From Gemmataceae bacterium (GTDB lineage Bacteria > Planctomycetota > Planctomycetia > Gemmatales > Gemmataceae), in the NCBI GenBank assembly GCA_046350235.1, contig JAXMAT010000015.1, positions 14,171 through 78,170 of the forward strand: DNA of 64,000 nt, in the 5' to 3' direction. Shown here piece after piece: positions 50,813 to 61,138 of the stretch. The notes under the pieces are model-generated. The model did not search any database. It was not told the DNA's origin and worked only from the letters and a program-made list of their open reading frames with translations. Positions within the stretch are counted from its first letter, which is position 1. Each line of letters begins with the position of its first letter. The translations under genes and the position numbers were made by a program.

Positions 50813-52108
50813 TCATCGCGGGCGAAACGCGGTGGATTCCGAAGGGGAAATCAGTCCGTTTTTGTCGGCGTCCATGGACCGGAAGAGGCTTAGAGGACCA
50901 AGAAACTCCCGCTCGCTCACCATGCCATCTCCATTTGCGTCCATGGCGCGGAACCATTCGGGAGCTTGTTCCGCATGCTTTGCCTGCGGCGTGGAGCGGA
51001 CGTTTTTGGACAGCGGGACGCCGCCGAAGTCCGCCCATCGGGGCTGTTCCATCTGAAGGACTGCAAATCGAGGCGCCCGACCGCCAGGGGTGGAAGCAAC
51101 CAAGCCTCGCCCCGCGAGCATCTCGGAAGCAGTCCATCGGCCGTCTTGGTTTGCATCGAGCACTGGGAAGAAATTCAAGCCGTGATCGTTCACCGCGATC
51201 GCCGTCTGCGAATTCGCGGCAAGCCGAGCAAGGTCGAAGTACTCTTCCAATTCGCGGCGAGTCAGCACTCCATCGCCATTCCGATCCGCATAGTTGGTGA
51301 TGGCCGCCAGCGCGCTTTGATCGACGTCGTTTTCCAAATCCCGGATCGCCACCTGGCTGCCGTCTTTCGCTGCCTCCTCGAACTGCGACAACAGGAACCC
51401 GCGTCCACTCTTGGAGGCGTCGCGAGGCGACTGTCGACGCAAGGCGACGACCCACTCGCCGCCCGCAAGTACCGCGCAGCCTTGCCGAAAGGAAATACCT
51501 TCCAGCTTCGGTTCGATCCGAACGCCGGCAGCATCGAGGCTCAACATCGGCAACGATGAGTCGTGAACGGTCTCGACGATCTTCGCCTTTTCCGCAGATT
51601 TCCCCGCGGCACGTACCGCCTTCCATTCGGCTTCGTCAATCGTTTCGTTGTCGTCCGAGTCCAGAAGTCGCATGACACGGGATAGATCCCACTTTCCATC
51701 GCGTTGAGCGTTTTTTCGCAACCATTCCGCCGTGCCGACGTCCTCGGTCGAAGGTCCGCTGATTCGCACCAGAAGCGGGCGAAACCCTGCGTCATACACC
51801 TGCTTCTTGAATGTCTCGGGCGTGAGCTTGGCTGCTTTTGCGGAAGCACGGTATTTGCCGCTGGGGAGCGGAAGCGGCGGCATACGCGCGGCTTCTTCCA
51901 CATCGAGTAGGCCGTCTTGGTTACGGTCGAATTGGACGAACCACTTGTCGAGAAATGCAGCCCATCGCGACTGGGGCAACGACGCATCGTGAGGCAGACG
52001 CACGGCGACACGGAAGGGGCCAGGCGAACCGGCGAACTCTAACGCGACATCCTGACCTGCCGCGTTCGCGGCCATCAACAAGCAAACTGCGACGGCCCCA
52101 CGCATCAT
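50813..52108 (-). CDS. Secreted multi-EF-hand calcium-binding protein
   Basis: 431 aa from ATG 52108 (MMRGAVAVCLLMAANAAGQ). Six EF-hand-like loops: DRNQDGLLDVEE, DSDDNETIDEAE, DRNGDGVLTRRE, DANQDGRWTASE, DANGDGMVSERE and DADKNGLISPSE. The start overlaps the DUF1501 stop. Confidence 0.8.
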   Translation of the reverse strand: MMRGAVAVCLLMAANAAGQDVALEFAGSPGPFRVAVRLPHDASLPQSRWAAFLDKWFVQFDRNQDGLLDVEEAARMPPLPLPSGKYRASAKAAKLTPETFKKQVYDAGFRPLLVRISGPSTEDVGTAEWLRKNAQRDGKWDLSRVMRLLDSDDNETIDEAEWKAVRAAGKSAEKAKIVETVHDSSLPMLSLDAAGVRIEPKLEGISFRQGCAVLAGGEWVVALRRQSPRDASKSGRGFLLSQFEEAAKDGSQVAIRDLENDVDQSALAAITNYADRNGDGVLTRRELEEYFDLARLAANSQTAIAVNDHGLNFFPVLDANQDGRWTASEMLAGRGLVASTPGGRAPRFAVLQMEQPRWADFGGVPLSKNVRSTPQAKHAEQAPEWFRAMDANGDGMVSEREFLGPLSLFRSMDADKNGLISPSESTAFRPR

Positions 52109-53391
52109 GCGAGCACCTCCCGGATGGGTTGGGCGTCCGGATCGGCGAGGCGGATGGGGCGATTGACTTGCGACATGTTTTGCTTGCGCGGATCGAGGCC
52201 CATCGCGAGCAGGATGGTGGCGAAGAGGTCGGGGACATGCACTGGGCGATCTTCTACCGCGATGCCGCTGGCGCCGGTGCGGCCCACGACCTGTCCGCCG
52301 CGGATGCCACCGCCTCCGAGCACCACGCTCCACGCCGCTGGATAATGGTCGCGGCCATTACGCGGATTGATCCCCGGCGTGCGGCCGAATTCGCCCATCC
52401 AGACGATGAGCGTATCGTCGAGCAGTCCGCGCTCGGCGAGGTCCGCCATCAGCGTGCCCCATGCAGGATCAAGCGTGTTGCTCAGTGTTTGCACTTGCTC
52501 GAAGTTGTTGTCGTGCGTGTCCCATCCGCCGAGGTTCACTTCGATGAAAGGCGTGCCGCGCTCGACGAGTCGCCGAGCCATGAGGCAACCTTGGCCGAAG
52601 GCGTTGCGGCCATAGCGATCGCGGAGCGACGCGGACTCGCGCGACAAGTCGAACGCCTGCGCGGCTGCGGGGCTGCCCAGGCGCGACGCACGATCGTAGG
52701 CCGTGACATGGCTCGCGGTGCCGATGCCGGGGCGGCTGGCGAGAAAAGGCGCCTCCATCTCGCGGAGCAGCGAACGACGGTCGGCCATGCGATCGGCGGA
52801 CGCGGCGAGCGGCTTCAGGTCTTCGACCGCGAGGTTCCCGCCCGACGCATTAACGATGACCGGAGCGGAGCGGGGGCCGAGAAAACCCGCAGCCACCGAG
52901 GGCGATGCGAATGCTCCGCCCGGCATGACGCTGACGAAGCCGGGCAGATCGCGCTCGGCCGATTCGCATTCGTTCGCCACCAGCGAGCCGAGCGTGGGAT
53001 AGCGGATCGGGCCCTGGGTGACGTACCCCGTGCGAAGGTGGGCGGTCGCTCGGCCGTGGTCCCCCTCCTTCGTCTTCATCGACCGCACGACCGCAAGATG
53101 CGACATCTGTCGAGCGACTTGCGGGAGATGTTCGGAGATGCGGATGCCGGGAACCGCGGTCGCGATTTCGCGAAAGGGGCCGCCGTTGGCGTGGTTCGGC
53201 TTGAGATCGAAGGTATCCGTTTGGCTCGGCCCGCCCGACATCCAGAGGAGGATGCAAGAGCGACGGCGCGATGCATCGCCGACGGCATGGGCAGCGAGCG
53301 GCGCGAACAGCGAGGCTCCGCCCATGCCGAGCATCGAACCGAGCCAACCGCGCCGTGTCCAAGAGCGAGCCGTGTTCATTGCCGGGTCCAT
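52105..53391 (-). CDS. DUF1501 domain protein (Tat-exported)
   Basis: 428 aa and intact. 'WTRRGWLGSMLGMGGASLF', 'CILLWMSGGPSQTDTFDLKP', 'GWDTHDNNF' and 'GRDHYP'. Confidence 0.9.
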   Translation of the reverse strand: MDPAMNTARSWTRRGWLGSMLGMGGASLFAPLAAHAVGDASRRRSCILLWMSGGPSQTDTFDLKPNHANGGPFREIATAVPGIRISEHLPQVARQMSHLAVVRSMKTKEGDHGRATAHLRTGYVTQGPIRYPTLGSLVANECESAERDLPGFVSVMPGGAFASPSVAAGFLGPRSAPVIVNASGGNLAVEDLKPLAASADRMADRRSLLREMEAPFLASRPGIGTASHVTAYDRASRLGSPAAAQAFDLSRESASLRDRYGRNAFGQGCLMARRLVERGTPFIEVNLGGWDTHDNNFEQVQTLSNTLDPAWGTLMADLAERGLLDDTLIVWMGEFGRTPGINPRNGRDHYPAAWSVVLGGGGIRGGQVVGRTGASGIAVEDRPVHVPDLFATILLAMGLDPRKQNMSQVNRPIRLADPDAQPIREVLA

Positions 53392-53394
53392 GCG

Positions 53395-54952
53395 TTAGTG
53401 GTTGAGGCGAAATTCCGCACTGTTGAGCAGGGTCCAGAAAATGTCGGCCAGCCGTTCGGCTTCGCGGTCAGTGCCGCCGAGACGAACGAACGCTTCGAGC
53501 CGGGCTGCCTCGTCCGCGGACGGTTTGCGGGTCAGCGTGGCGAGATAAAGCGTCCCGATACGCTCCGCGAGCGAGAGGCCGGGCGTCTTCGTCGCGGCGA
53601 TCATCGTAGGCGAGTTTTCCGGGTCCGTCGCCCAGCCGACGAACCGTCCATTCTGCAGCGTGAGCGCCTGCTGGACCGAAGTTTCCGGTTCATCCAGCGG
53701 GCTGGTCAGCGCGAAGCGAGCGAGGAACTGCCGACGAAATCCGCCCTTATCCTGGTCGTCGCGATAGCCGGTGGCGAGGGCGAGACTATCGAACCATTGC
53801 TCGCCGGAGAGGGCCTTGACCGCCATGCGAGCCGGCAGCTTCGTCTCATCCTGGCTTGGGTGCGTGCGGCCGCTGGAGCGTTGATACGCTCCGGTCCCGG
53901 CGAGGGGCGCGGATGAGAAATCGCAGATCGAAGTCCGCGGCAATCAACGTCTCGGCGAGGTAATCGAGCAACTCGGGATGCGACGGCGGATTGTCGTCGC
54001 GGAAATCGTCCGCGGGGCTCACGATGCCTCGGCCGAACAGGCGTTCCCAGATGCGATTCGCCGTCGCTTTCGCGAAGAAGGGATTCTTCGGCGACGTCAT
54101 CCACTCCGCTGAACAATGCGCGCGGCGGAGTCTTGTCGCCAGGCGGGTGTTGCTTTGTCGAGGAAGATGGCCGAGCGCGATTTCTTCGAGCCTGGATCGA
54201 CGATGTCGCGCCGCGAAACGGTTTCGCTCAGCGGCGCGAAGATCCGATTGCCCCCCTGCCGATCGATGCTCGCGAAGAATGCAGCCTGGTTCCAGAATTG
54301 TTCCTGCGTCCACGCGGCGAAAGGATGATCATGGCACTGGGCGCATTCGAGGCGAACGCCCAGAAACGATCGCGTGACCGCGGCGGCGAGATTTTCCGGC
54401 TTCGCATCCTTTGCCGCGTAAACGCCAGCGCGGGTTGGGGCGCGCGGTGATCGCGCAACACGGCGACAGCCGACGACGATTGCGTGGGCAGCGGAACCGA
54501 AAGCAACTCGCGACCCAACGATGCGATCGTAACCGACGCCCGAGCGAGCCGCTCGGTCAGCCACGCTTCGAATCCTTGTCGCAGAATTCCCGCCTGCGGA
54601 TCGCTGGTCGTCTCCGGCACAAGCTCCGCACGCCAGACCTGCGCGAAATGTCCCGCGAAACGCGGCTCACGCAACAGGTTACCAATGAGGCGAGTGCGCT
54701 CGTCGGGCGAACGATCTTCGAGAAACGCATGCCTTCCGAATGCGCGGGATGCGGCCCGCGAGATCGAGGTAGGGCGCGGGCGCAGAAACTCCGCATCGTC
54801 CGCCTTCGGGGCCGGAGTGATTTTCTCCGCCTTCCATATATGTTCCAGTGCCGCATCGATCCGCTTGGGCGACGACACTGCACGTCGGGCGGCTCGGCCG
54901 AGGCGCGAGCCGCATGCGACAGGATCAGGAGGACGACTGCAATGTTCCGCAT
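53395..54952 (-). pseudogene. DUF1549/DUF1553 protein, decayed and shortened (several frameshifts)
   Basis: Consecutive pieces sit in different frames. In order: the signal peptide 'MRNIAVVLLILSHAARASA' (ATG 54952), 'IDAALEHIWKAEKITPAPKADDAEFLR', 'LREPRFAGHFAQVWRAELV', 'CAQCHDHPFAAWTQEQFWNQAAFFA', 'FFAKATANRIWERLFGRGIVSPADDFRDDNPPSHPELLDYLA' and '...FWTLLNSAEFRLNH*'. Confidence 0.75.
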
Positions 54953-54960
54953 GGCGTCCC

Positions 54961-55952
54961 TCAGGCGATGAAGGCGAATTGGTCGGCGGCGGGGCCGAGG
55001 CGAATCTGTTCCGCCTGCTCGGCGAGACCGCAATCTGCTCGCCGCGTCGATAGGTCATGCCGTCGTCGTCCGTGATTTCCTCATACGGACCTTTGTAGAC
55101 GACCTTCACGAATGGCCACGCTCCGCCGGACGGTTTCCACGCGACCATCTGCATCTCGTGCAGCTCGACGCCGCCCACGCTGAAGCAATGGATGTCGCCC
55201 AGCTTGTCGCAGAAGACGCCCGCGAACCCGGCCGCGCAATAAGAGAAGCGGTTCCGTCTCGACAGGGATGCGTTGCACGATCGACGCCATACCCGGCAGC
55301 TTCGGCGTGCCGGTGGCTTGTCGCCCACGAGGGCGTGTACCGCGAGTCGCCCGCCTGGTTGCAGCACGCGCAACACTTCGCGGAGCAACTCCGGCATCCG
55401 TGTCGCGGCGATCGTGGCATTGAACGAACCTTCGAGCCGCACTTCGTCGAGAGCCCCGTCCTGAACTCGAGGCGATCCGGCCAGGCGTCGGCGATCTTGT
55501 GCTCCCATGCATGCGCCGGTGGCGTCGGGGCGGCTGTCGAGGAGCATCGTCGAAGCCGGAGTGTTCGATGTCTTCGTGGAGCGTGTAGAGTCCGACATCA
55601 CCTGGTCGGGATCGGTGACCCAAAACTTGGTTTGCCGCGAGTAGCAGCACTCGACGCCTTCCTGGCGTTGGGTCGCGATCCCCGCTTCTTCCAGGCGGCG
55701 CTGCATGGCGACGAGCGTCTCGGTATCGGGGACGCGCACGCCGACATGGTTGAGGGCCCCTCCCGGTTGCCGCGGCGCGGGATAGAGGACGAGGACCAGC
55801 GGCGGAGATGCGATCTCAAATTTCGCGACTTCCGGATGATCGCGCTTCGGTTCGATGCCGAAGAGCGTGCGATAGAAGCGAACTGCCCGCGCAATGTCGG
55901 ACGTATGCAGGCCGATGTGAAACGCGGTAGTCGCAGTCGCTGTGCTCGTCAT
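54961..55952 (-). pseudogene. ArsI/CadI-type VOC domain fused to a methyltransferase-like module, copy 1 (at least 4 frameshifts)
   Basis: 'FHIGLHTSDIARAVRFYRTLFGIEP..NHVGVRV..GVECCYSRQTKFWVTDPD' carries the vicinal Cys-Cys. Later pieces sit in other frames: 'GDVGLYTLHEDIEHSGF', 'AWEHKI', 'ALDEVRLEGSFNA..VLQPGGRLAVHALVGD', 'TPKLPGMASIV', 'AAGFAGVFCDKL..HEMQMVAWKP..VVYKGPYEE' and '..AEQAEQIRLGPAADQFAFIA*'. Confidence 0.7.
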
Positions 55953-56025
55953 GTCGTGTCTCCTGGCTGCGACCAACAAGAGTCGCGCACGCAGTAAGCG
56001 GATGCTCTTAACGCCTCGCAACCGC

Positions 56026-57084
56026 TTACTGCGTGCGCGGCTCCTCCGCACGCGGCTTCGCTGGCCTGAAGAACAGGAACTGCTCGGCGGATGGTCCATG
56101 GCGGAGTTGGCGCCATACGCTCGCGGGAACCGTCGTCCGCTCGCCTCGGCGGAAAACGCGGGCCCCTTCGATCCACACCTGGGCGAAGGGACCTTTGTAG
56201 AGCACCATGCGATCCGCTTCGCCCGCGGCATCCGGCTGTTTCCACGCGGCGAACTTCATTTCGCGCAGGCCGATGGTTTCGTGAGTGAACCACGGCTTCT
56301 CCGTGAGCTTCGTCGCATGCAAGTTGACGAAACCCGCCTTCGCAAGCTGTTCATAGACGACGATCCGCGCGGGGACGAACGACACCATCGAGGCGAGGCC
56401 GGGCAGCTTCGGTTGCGTCGTGAGCGGAGCGTCGCTGATGAGACCGTGTACCGTCACCTTGCCCGCCGGCTTGAGGACGCGCTTCGCCTCGGCGAGTACG
56501 GCATCGATGTGAGCCGCATCGCTTCCGGCGTTGAACGTGCCCGTCAGCCACACCTCATCGAGCGACGCATCGGCATACGGCGCCGGGATCGCGTCGGCGT
56601 TGACTAGCGAATGTTCCCAGATGCGAGGCGCTGCGATCGGGGTCGTCGCCTGCGCGACCACGCCTTCGAGCGAACGGCGGACGACGACGGGATCGACTTC
56701 CTCTTCGACCCAGTAGACTTCCCAGAAATTGCCGTCCGGATCGCGGGTCCAGATTTTGTCTTTGCGGGCGAAGCTGCACACGGTGCCGTTCTACCTTTCG
56801 GTGCAGATGCCGGCCGCGTTCAGTCGTTCGCCGAAGGCGGTGACCGCATCACGGCTGCCGACGCGAAACCCGAGATGGCTGAGCGATCCACCCTGGCTCG
56901 GCGGACGCGGGGTGAGCGAAAACACGACCGGCGGATCTTCCAACTCGAACTTCGCATAGTCCGCATGGCATTTCGCCGGATCGATGCCGAACAACGTGCG
57001 GTAGTACGCAATCGCCATCTCCAGACTGGAGACGTTGAGCGAAAGGTGGAACTTCGAGACTTCCGGTTCCGCGGGAACGTTCAT
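56026..57084 (-). pseudogene. ArsI/CadI-type VOC domain fused to a methyltransferase-like module, copy 2 (single in-frame TAG)
   Basis: The 130 aa and 251 aa ORFs share one frame and are separated only by TAG 56791-56793: '..AAGICTER*NGTVCSFARKDKIWTRDPDGNFWEVYW..'. The stop aligns with Gln in copy 1 ('IATQRQEGVECCY'). Confidence 0.75.
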
Positions 57085-57094
57085 GGCATTCTCC

Positions 57095-58381
57095 TCACGA
57101 AACGGTTGACTCGGGAGCGGACACGTCCGGGGCATGCGGCTCGCGCACGAACCAACACAACACCGCCAAGACGACTGCCGCAAGGCCGCATACGAAGAAG
57201 AACGGATCGGGCGAGTCGGTTAGCAGCCGCGATTGTACCAGGAGCCATGGGCCGACCGCGGAAAAGAGGACGGAGATCACCTGCACCGTCCCCTGGATCG
57301 ATCCCATGTGTTTCTTGCCGAACGCATGGCGGAAGATGGCGAAGAAGACGACGGTGATGACGCCCCCCGAGATGCCCATCGCCGCGCCGTAAGCGACCGC
57401 ACCCGCTTGCGTCAGGATCTAGGGGAAACCCGCCAACGAGGTCGCGAGGACCGCCATGCCGATGCCGAGCAGCTTGCTCATGGACCATCGCTGCGAAAGC
57501 CAGCCCGCGAAGATGTTGGCAGGCAGGCCGGTGAAGACGAGCACGCCCATCACCAGGATGAACACGCTTCGGCTCAGGCCGTGATCGAGCAGCAGCGTTT
57601 CGTTGAACAGCGTCACCGCGGACCAAACGAGGTTGAACAGACCGACGCCAAACGCCCAGACCCAGAAAGCGGGAGTGGCGAGCGCCTGACCGAGCGTCGC
57701 ATCCGCGACGAGACGATCCGGGTCGCGTTCGTCGGCAATGTCGGCCGATTCCTTCGCATCGTTGCGAGAGAGGAGCCACGCGAGCGGCGCCATCCCGGCG
57801 ATGAGAAGCCAGCCCAGGCCGCTCCAAGCATGTCGCCATCCCATCTCGCCGACGGCATACCCGAGGCCGAGCGTGCTCGCCATGAAGCCGATCGAGAGGA
57901 GGATGGTGAAGACGCCCATGGCGATGCCTACGCGTCGCGAGAACGACTTGCCGACAAGGGCGATACTGGCGACGGAAAGCGATCCCTGACCCAAGCCGCG
58001 GACGAGGATGAGCGCAGCCAGAAAGACGACGGCGGAAGGTGCGAATCCCATCGCCAGCACGGCGAGCCCGAGGCCGAGAGAGATCGCACCGGTCACGAAA
58101 CGTGGGCCGATCCGGTCGAGCAGCCAACCGACCGGAACGACCATCGTCGAGCCGATGAGAATCGCCAATAAGTTGTAGACGGCGAAATCCGATTCGGAGA
58201 TGCCGAGACCGGCATCATCGATCACCGGCTTGGTGATCATCCCGAGCCCATGCGTCCGCCCCGGCAAGGTCGCCGTCATCGCCGTCGCGGCAATGACGAC
58301 GTTGAGCCAGCGAAACACCGCCGGCAATGCCGGAGCGTTTGAAGCCTTCCAGACCGGGCTCGTCTGAATTGCGGTAGACAT
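57095..58381 (-). pseudogene. MFS transporter with an in-frame TAG
   Basis: The 320 aa ORF ends '..LATSLAGFP*' at TAG 57419-57421. The same frame continues 'ILTQAGAVAYGAAMGISGGVITVVFFAIF...', the remaining C-terminal TM helices, down to 57095. Confidence 0.75.
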
Positions 58382-58391
58382 GTCGTTTCGC

Positions 58392-58841
58392 TCAAGGCAA
58401 TTCGATCGGCGGCAGATCTTTTCCGCTCTTCACTTCCATGCGAATCTTCGAGTTCTTGACGTTCGAGAACGCCTCATTGAGTCGATCTCGTGGATCGGTA
58501 TCGAGCGGGCTCTTCTTCGCCATTGGCCAACGCACGGTCACGACATACTCGCCTTCGGGGGCTCCGTCCCCTTCGCGGTAGGTCGTGAGCGAATAGCGGC
58601 CCGATTCATCGGTGATGCCGATCGGCTTGTGCGAATCGCCAGGTTCGGTCTTCGCAGGGTGAAAAATCACCGCGGCACCGGCAGCGGGTTTCTTGTCCTT
58701 GCCGGAAACGACCTGACCCTTTACCTGCACCGTGGCATGCTTGCCGTCGGAACAACCCGAGAGCAGCGCACATGCAACCCACGTCAGCAGGAGGGCGCCG
58801 TTCGCGAGAAACGGCGCACGGGATTTCCATGTTGGATTCAT
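58392..58841 (-). CDS. Lipoprotein with a carboxypeptidase-regulatory-like beta-sandwich
   Basis: Start at ATG 58841. Lipobox 'ALLSGC'. 'VKGQVVSGKDKKPAAGAAVIFHP...DESGRYSLTTY...GEYVVTV'. Confidence 0.7.
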   Translation of the reverse strand: MNPTWKSRAPFLANGALLLTWVACALLSGCSDGKHATVQVKGQVVSGKDKKPAAGAAVIFHPAKTEPGDSHKPIGITDESGRYSLTTYREGDGAPEGEYVVTVRWPMAKKSPLDTDPRDRLNEAFSNVKNSKIRMEVKSGKDLPPIELP

Positions 58842-58869
58842 GGTTTCGGATTTCCTATTTGCATTTCGG

Positions 58870-59838
58870 TTATTCGGAGGCCCGCACTTCGCCACCTGCT
58901 TTGGTCACCATGGCGGCGAGGACATTGATGTCCGTGCCGGAGGTGACGAAGCGGACGGAACCGTCGCAGAAGAGCACATTCGCTCCGCCTGCGTGAAACG
59001 AATAGAGGCCTTGTGCGTTATTGGCGTTGATGCCGACGGTGCCGAAGCTTCCGGACCCATCGCCCGCCGAACCGTAGAAGGATTGGTTGCCGCTCAACGC
59101 ATCAGCCCATCCGCCGAGTGCGAATTGCAGGTAGCTGATCTTGGTGTTCGTGTTGGCCGCGCCCTTATAAAGCATGTGGCGACCGGCGGATTCCACGAGA
59201 AGGAACGTGTTGCTAGTTCCGTCAGTGATCGCAAGGATCGATGTTTTGACATCCGGCTGCAGAGCGCCGCTGAGCGACCCGGTGGCGGTTGGCGTGGTCA
59301 AAGACGCGTTCAAGGAGGAACCCACAGCCTTAAGAGGGATATAGTCGGCGATGGAGCAAGTCACGGTGGGGAAGGGCCCGGGCACGCCGAACATGCTGTA
59401 GTCGTAGGTTTCCGTGTACGTGTCGGGCGAAAGCGAAGAGGGGCAACGCATCACCGGAATCTTCGTCGCGGAAACCGTGGCGTTCGTCGCCGGCGCAGTT
59501 CCGGTCGTGTCATAGTAGTTTTTCTTAACGTCGTAGTTGTTGTAGAGTGCAGTCTGCTCGATGTGCGGAAGCAGGAAAAGCCCCCAGCCAGTGGAAACGG
59601 AACTGGTCGGGGGTTGAGTGGAAATCGGTGGGAACATCGATTTGTTGCTCGACGCGTAGCCGTGGTAGGCGACGCCGAATTGCTTGAGATTGTTTTGGCA
59701 CTGTGCCCGTGCCGCGGCGTCGCGGACCTTCTGCACCGCGGGCACCAAGAGGGCGATAAGGATCGCAATGATCGCGATGACGACGAGCAATTCGATGAGC
59801 GTGAATCCGCGACGAGCGCGGGACAGGAAGCGGGCCAT
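58870..59838 (-). CDS. DUF1559 protein with prepilin-type N-terminal cleavage/methylation motif
   Basis: '[45 protein letters not shown]', a 'DGTSNT' motif, and C-terminal '[15 protein letters not shown]'. Confidence 0.9.
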   Translation of the reverse strand: MARFLSRARRGFTLIELLVVIAIIAILIALLVPAVQKVRDAAARAQCQNNLKQFGVAYHGYASSNKSMFPPISTQPPTSSVSTGWGLFLLPHIEQTALYNNYDVKKNYYDTTGTAPATNATVSATKIPVMRCPSSLSPDTYTETYDYSMFGVPGPFPTVTCSIADYIPLKAVGSSLNASLTTPTATGSLSGALQPDVKTSILAITDGTSNTFLLVESAGRHMLYKGAANTNTKISYLQFALGGWADALSGNQSFYGSAGDGSGSFGTVGINANNAQGLYSFHAGGANVLFCDGSVRFVTSGTDINVLAAMVTKAGGEVRASE

Positions 59839-59881
59839 GGTTGGCTCCAAAAGCGTGAACAGGCGGGATCGAAACAGGCGA

Positions 59882-61129
59882 CTAGCGGGCAGGAGGGAGT
59901 TCGAGGCAGATCAGCTCCTTGTCGTCGCGAACAAGCAGCCGACCCTGGGCGAGGGCGGGATTGACGAGTGTGCCGTTGCAGACTTTGGCACGCGCCAGTT
60001 CCTTGGCGCCGGAGGCATCCGCCTCGTACAGAAACAGTCGTCCTGAATCGTTGAGCGCGAGCAGCTTGCCGTCGCCGGTCTTGATGAGACCGACATGGAA
60101 ATAGCCCACGCTTTTGCTCCACAGCTTTTTCCCGGATTCCGCTTCCACTGCGGTGATGAATGCATTCGGAATCGGCTCGACGGCGTTCGTCACGAGGAAC
60201 AGGTTTTTCCCTGCCGCGACGCCCGACGAGAAGTAACTTTTCGCTCCCTTGTTCTGCCATTCCTCGCGAGTTTCGAGGTGGTCGCCGTTGGTCTCTTTCA
60301 CGCTGACGGCCACTGCGCCATGAGCCTGCGTGCTCGCGACGACATGGTTGCCGACGATGCAGGGCGTCGGCGAAGTGCCGGCAGTTTGGAACGCCATCGC
60401 ATGCTCCCAGCGGAGCGTGCCATCGATCGGATTGAGGCCGACCAGCCGCAACGGCGTCATGAAGACGACATCGGGGAGCGTTCCCTTGCTCCGGAAAAGG
60501 ACCGGCGAGGACGTGCTTGCCGCGTCGTCGAGCGCTTGCCAGGCGACATCGCCGCTTTCGACATCGAGCCCGATGACGCAGCGCCCTTTGCCGCCCACGC
60601 TCACGATCACGCGATTGCCCACGACAAGCGGCGAGCCGCAGACGGCGAAGTTCGGCAGATCCGCCTTGAACTCCTTGTAGAGGTCTTTCTGCCAGCGTCG
60701 TTTTCCGGTGTCGGCGTCATAGACAGTGAGCACGCCGTTGATGCCCATCGTGAAGAGCCGTTTGCCGGCCACCGTCGGTGTGGCGCGGGGCCCGGTGCCG
60801 AGCACGCTCTTGTAGGCTGGCCGAGCGTAGCTGTCGCTCCACAGTACCTTGCCGTCTTCGAGCGAATAGGCGACGACTTCTTCCTCTTCCTTGCTGGCGT
60901 CTTTGCTGCGAGTGTGCAGATAGACTCGGCCATTCGCGACGATCGGCATGCTGAAGCCGTTGCCGACCTCCGCTTTCCAGACGACTTTGAGATCTCCCTT
61001 CCACGGTGCCACAGTCTCGGCGGTCGCGCCGTCCCGCTTGAGACCGAGCCATTGCGGCCAGTCCGCGGCCCAGCCTTGAGGCGTAAAGCAGGTGGTGACC
61101 GCGAGCGCGAGCAATAATCGAAGTTTCAT
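59882..61129 (-). CDS. Secreted PQQ-like beta-propeller repeat protein
   Basis: 415 aa. Signal peptide [21 protein letters not shown]. Repeated '..G.V.A.D..TGK..W' blades. Confidence 0.85.
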   Translation of the reverse strand: MKLRLLLALAVTTCFTPQGWAADWPQWLGLKRDGATAETVAPWKGDLKVVWKAEVGNGFSMPIVANGRVYLHTRSKDASKEEEEVVAYSLEDGKVLWSDSYARPAYKSVLGTGPRATPTVAGKRLFTMGINGVLTVYDADTGKRRWQKDLYKEFKADLPNFAVCGSPLVVGNRVIVSVGGKGRCVIGLDVESGDVAWQALDDAASTSSPVLFRSKGTLPDVVFMTPLRLVGLNPIDGTLRWEHAMAFQTAGTSPTPCIVGNHVVASTQAHGAVAVSVKETNGDHLETREEWQNKGAKSYFSSGVAAGKNLFLVTNAVEPIPNAFITAVEAESGKKLWSKSVGYFHVGLIKTGDGKLLALNDSGRLFLYEADASGAKELARAKVCNGTLVNPALAQGRLLVRDDKELICLELPPAR

Positions 61130-61138
61130 GGCGAATCC

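Noticed and set aside
50475-51626. The 383 aa ORF extending the ArsR gene upstream.
   Set aside because: Only the last 104 aa are ArsR-like. The remainder is Arg-rich and antisense-like, overlapping the EF-hand gene in another frame of the same strand.
54228-56231. The 667 aa ORF as a single gene.
   Set aside because: It is a chance read-through joining the start of VOC fusion 1, out-of-frame stretches, and a piece of the DUF1549/1553 remnant. Recognisable motifs appear only in patches that correspond to separate decayed genes.
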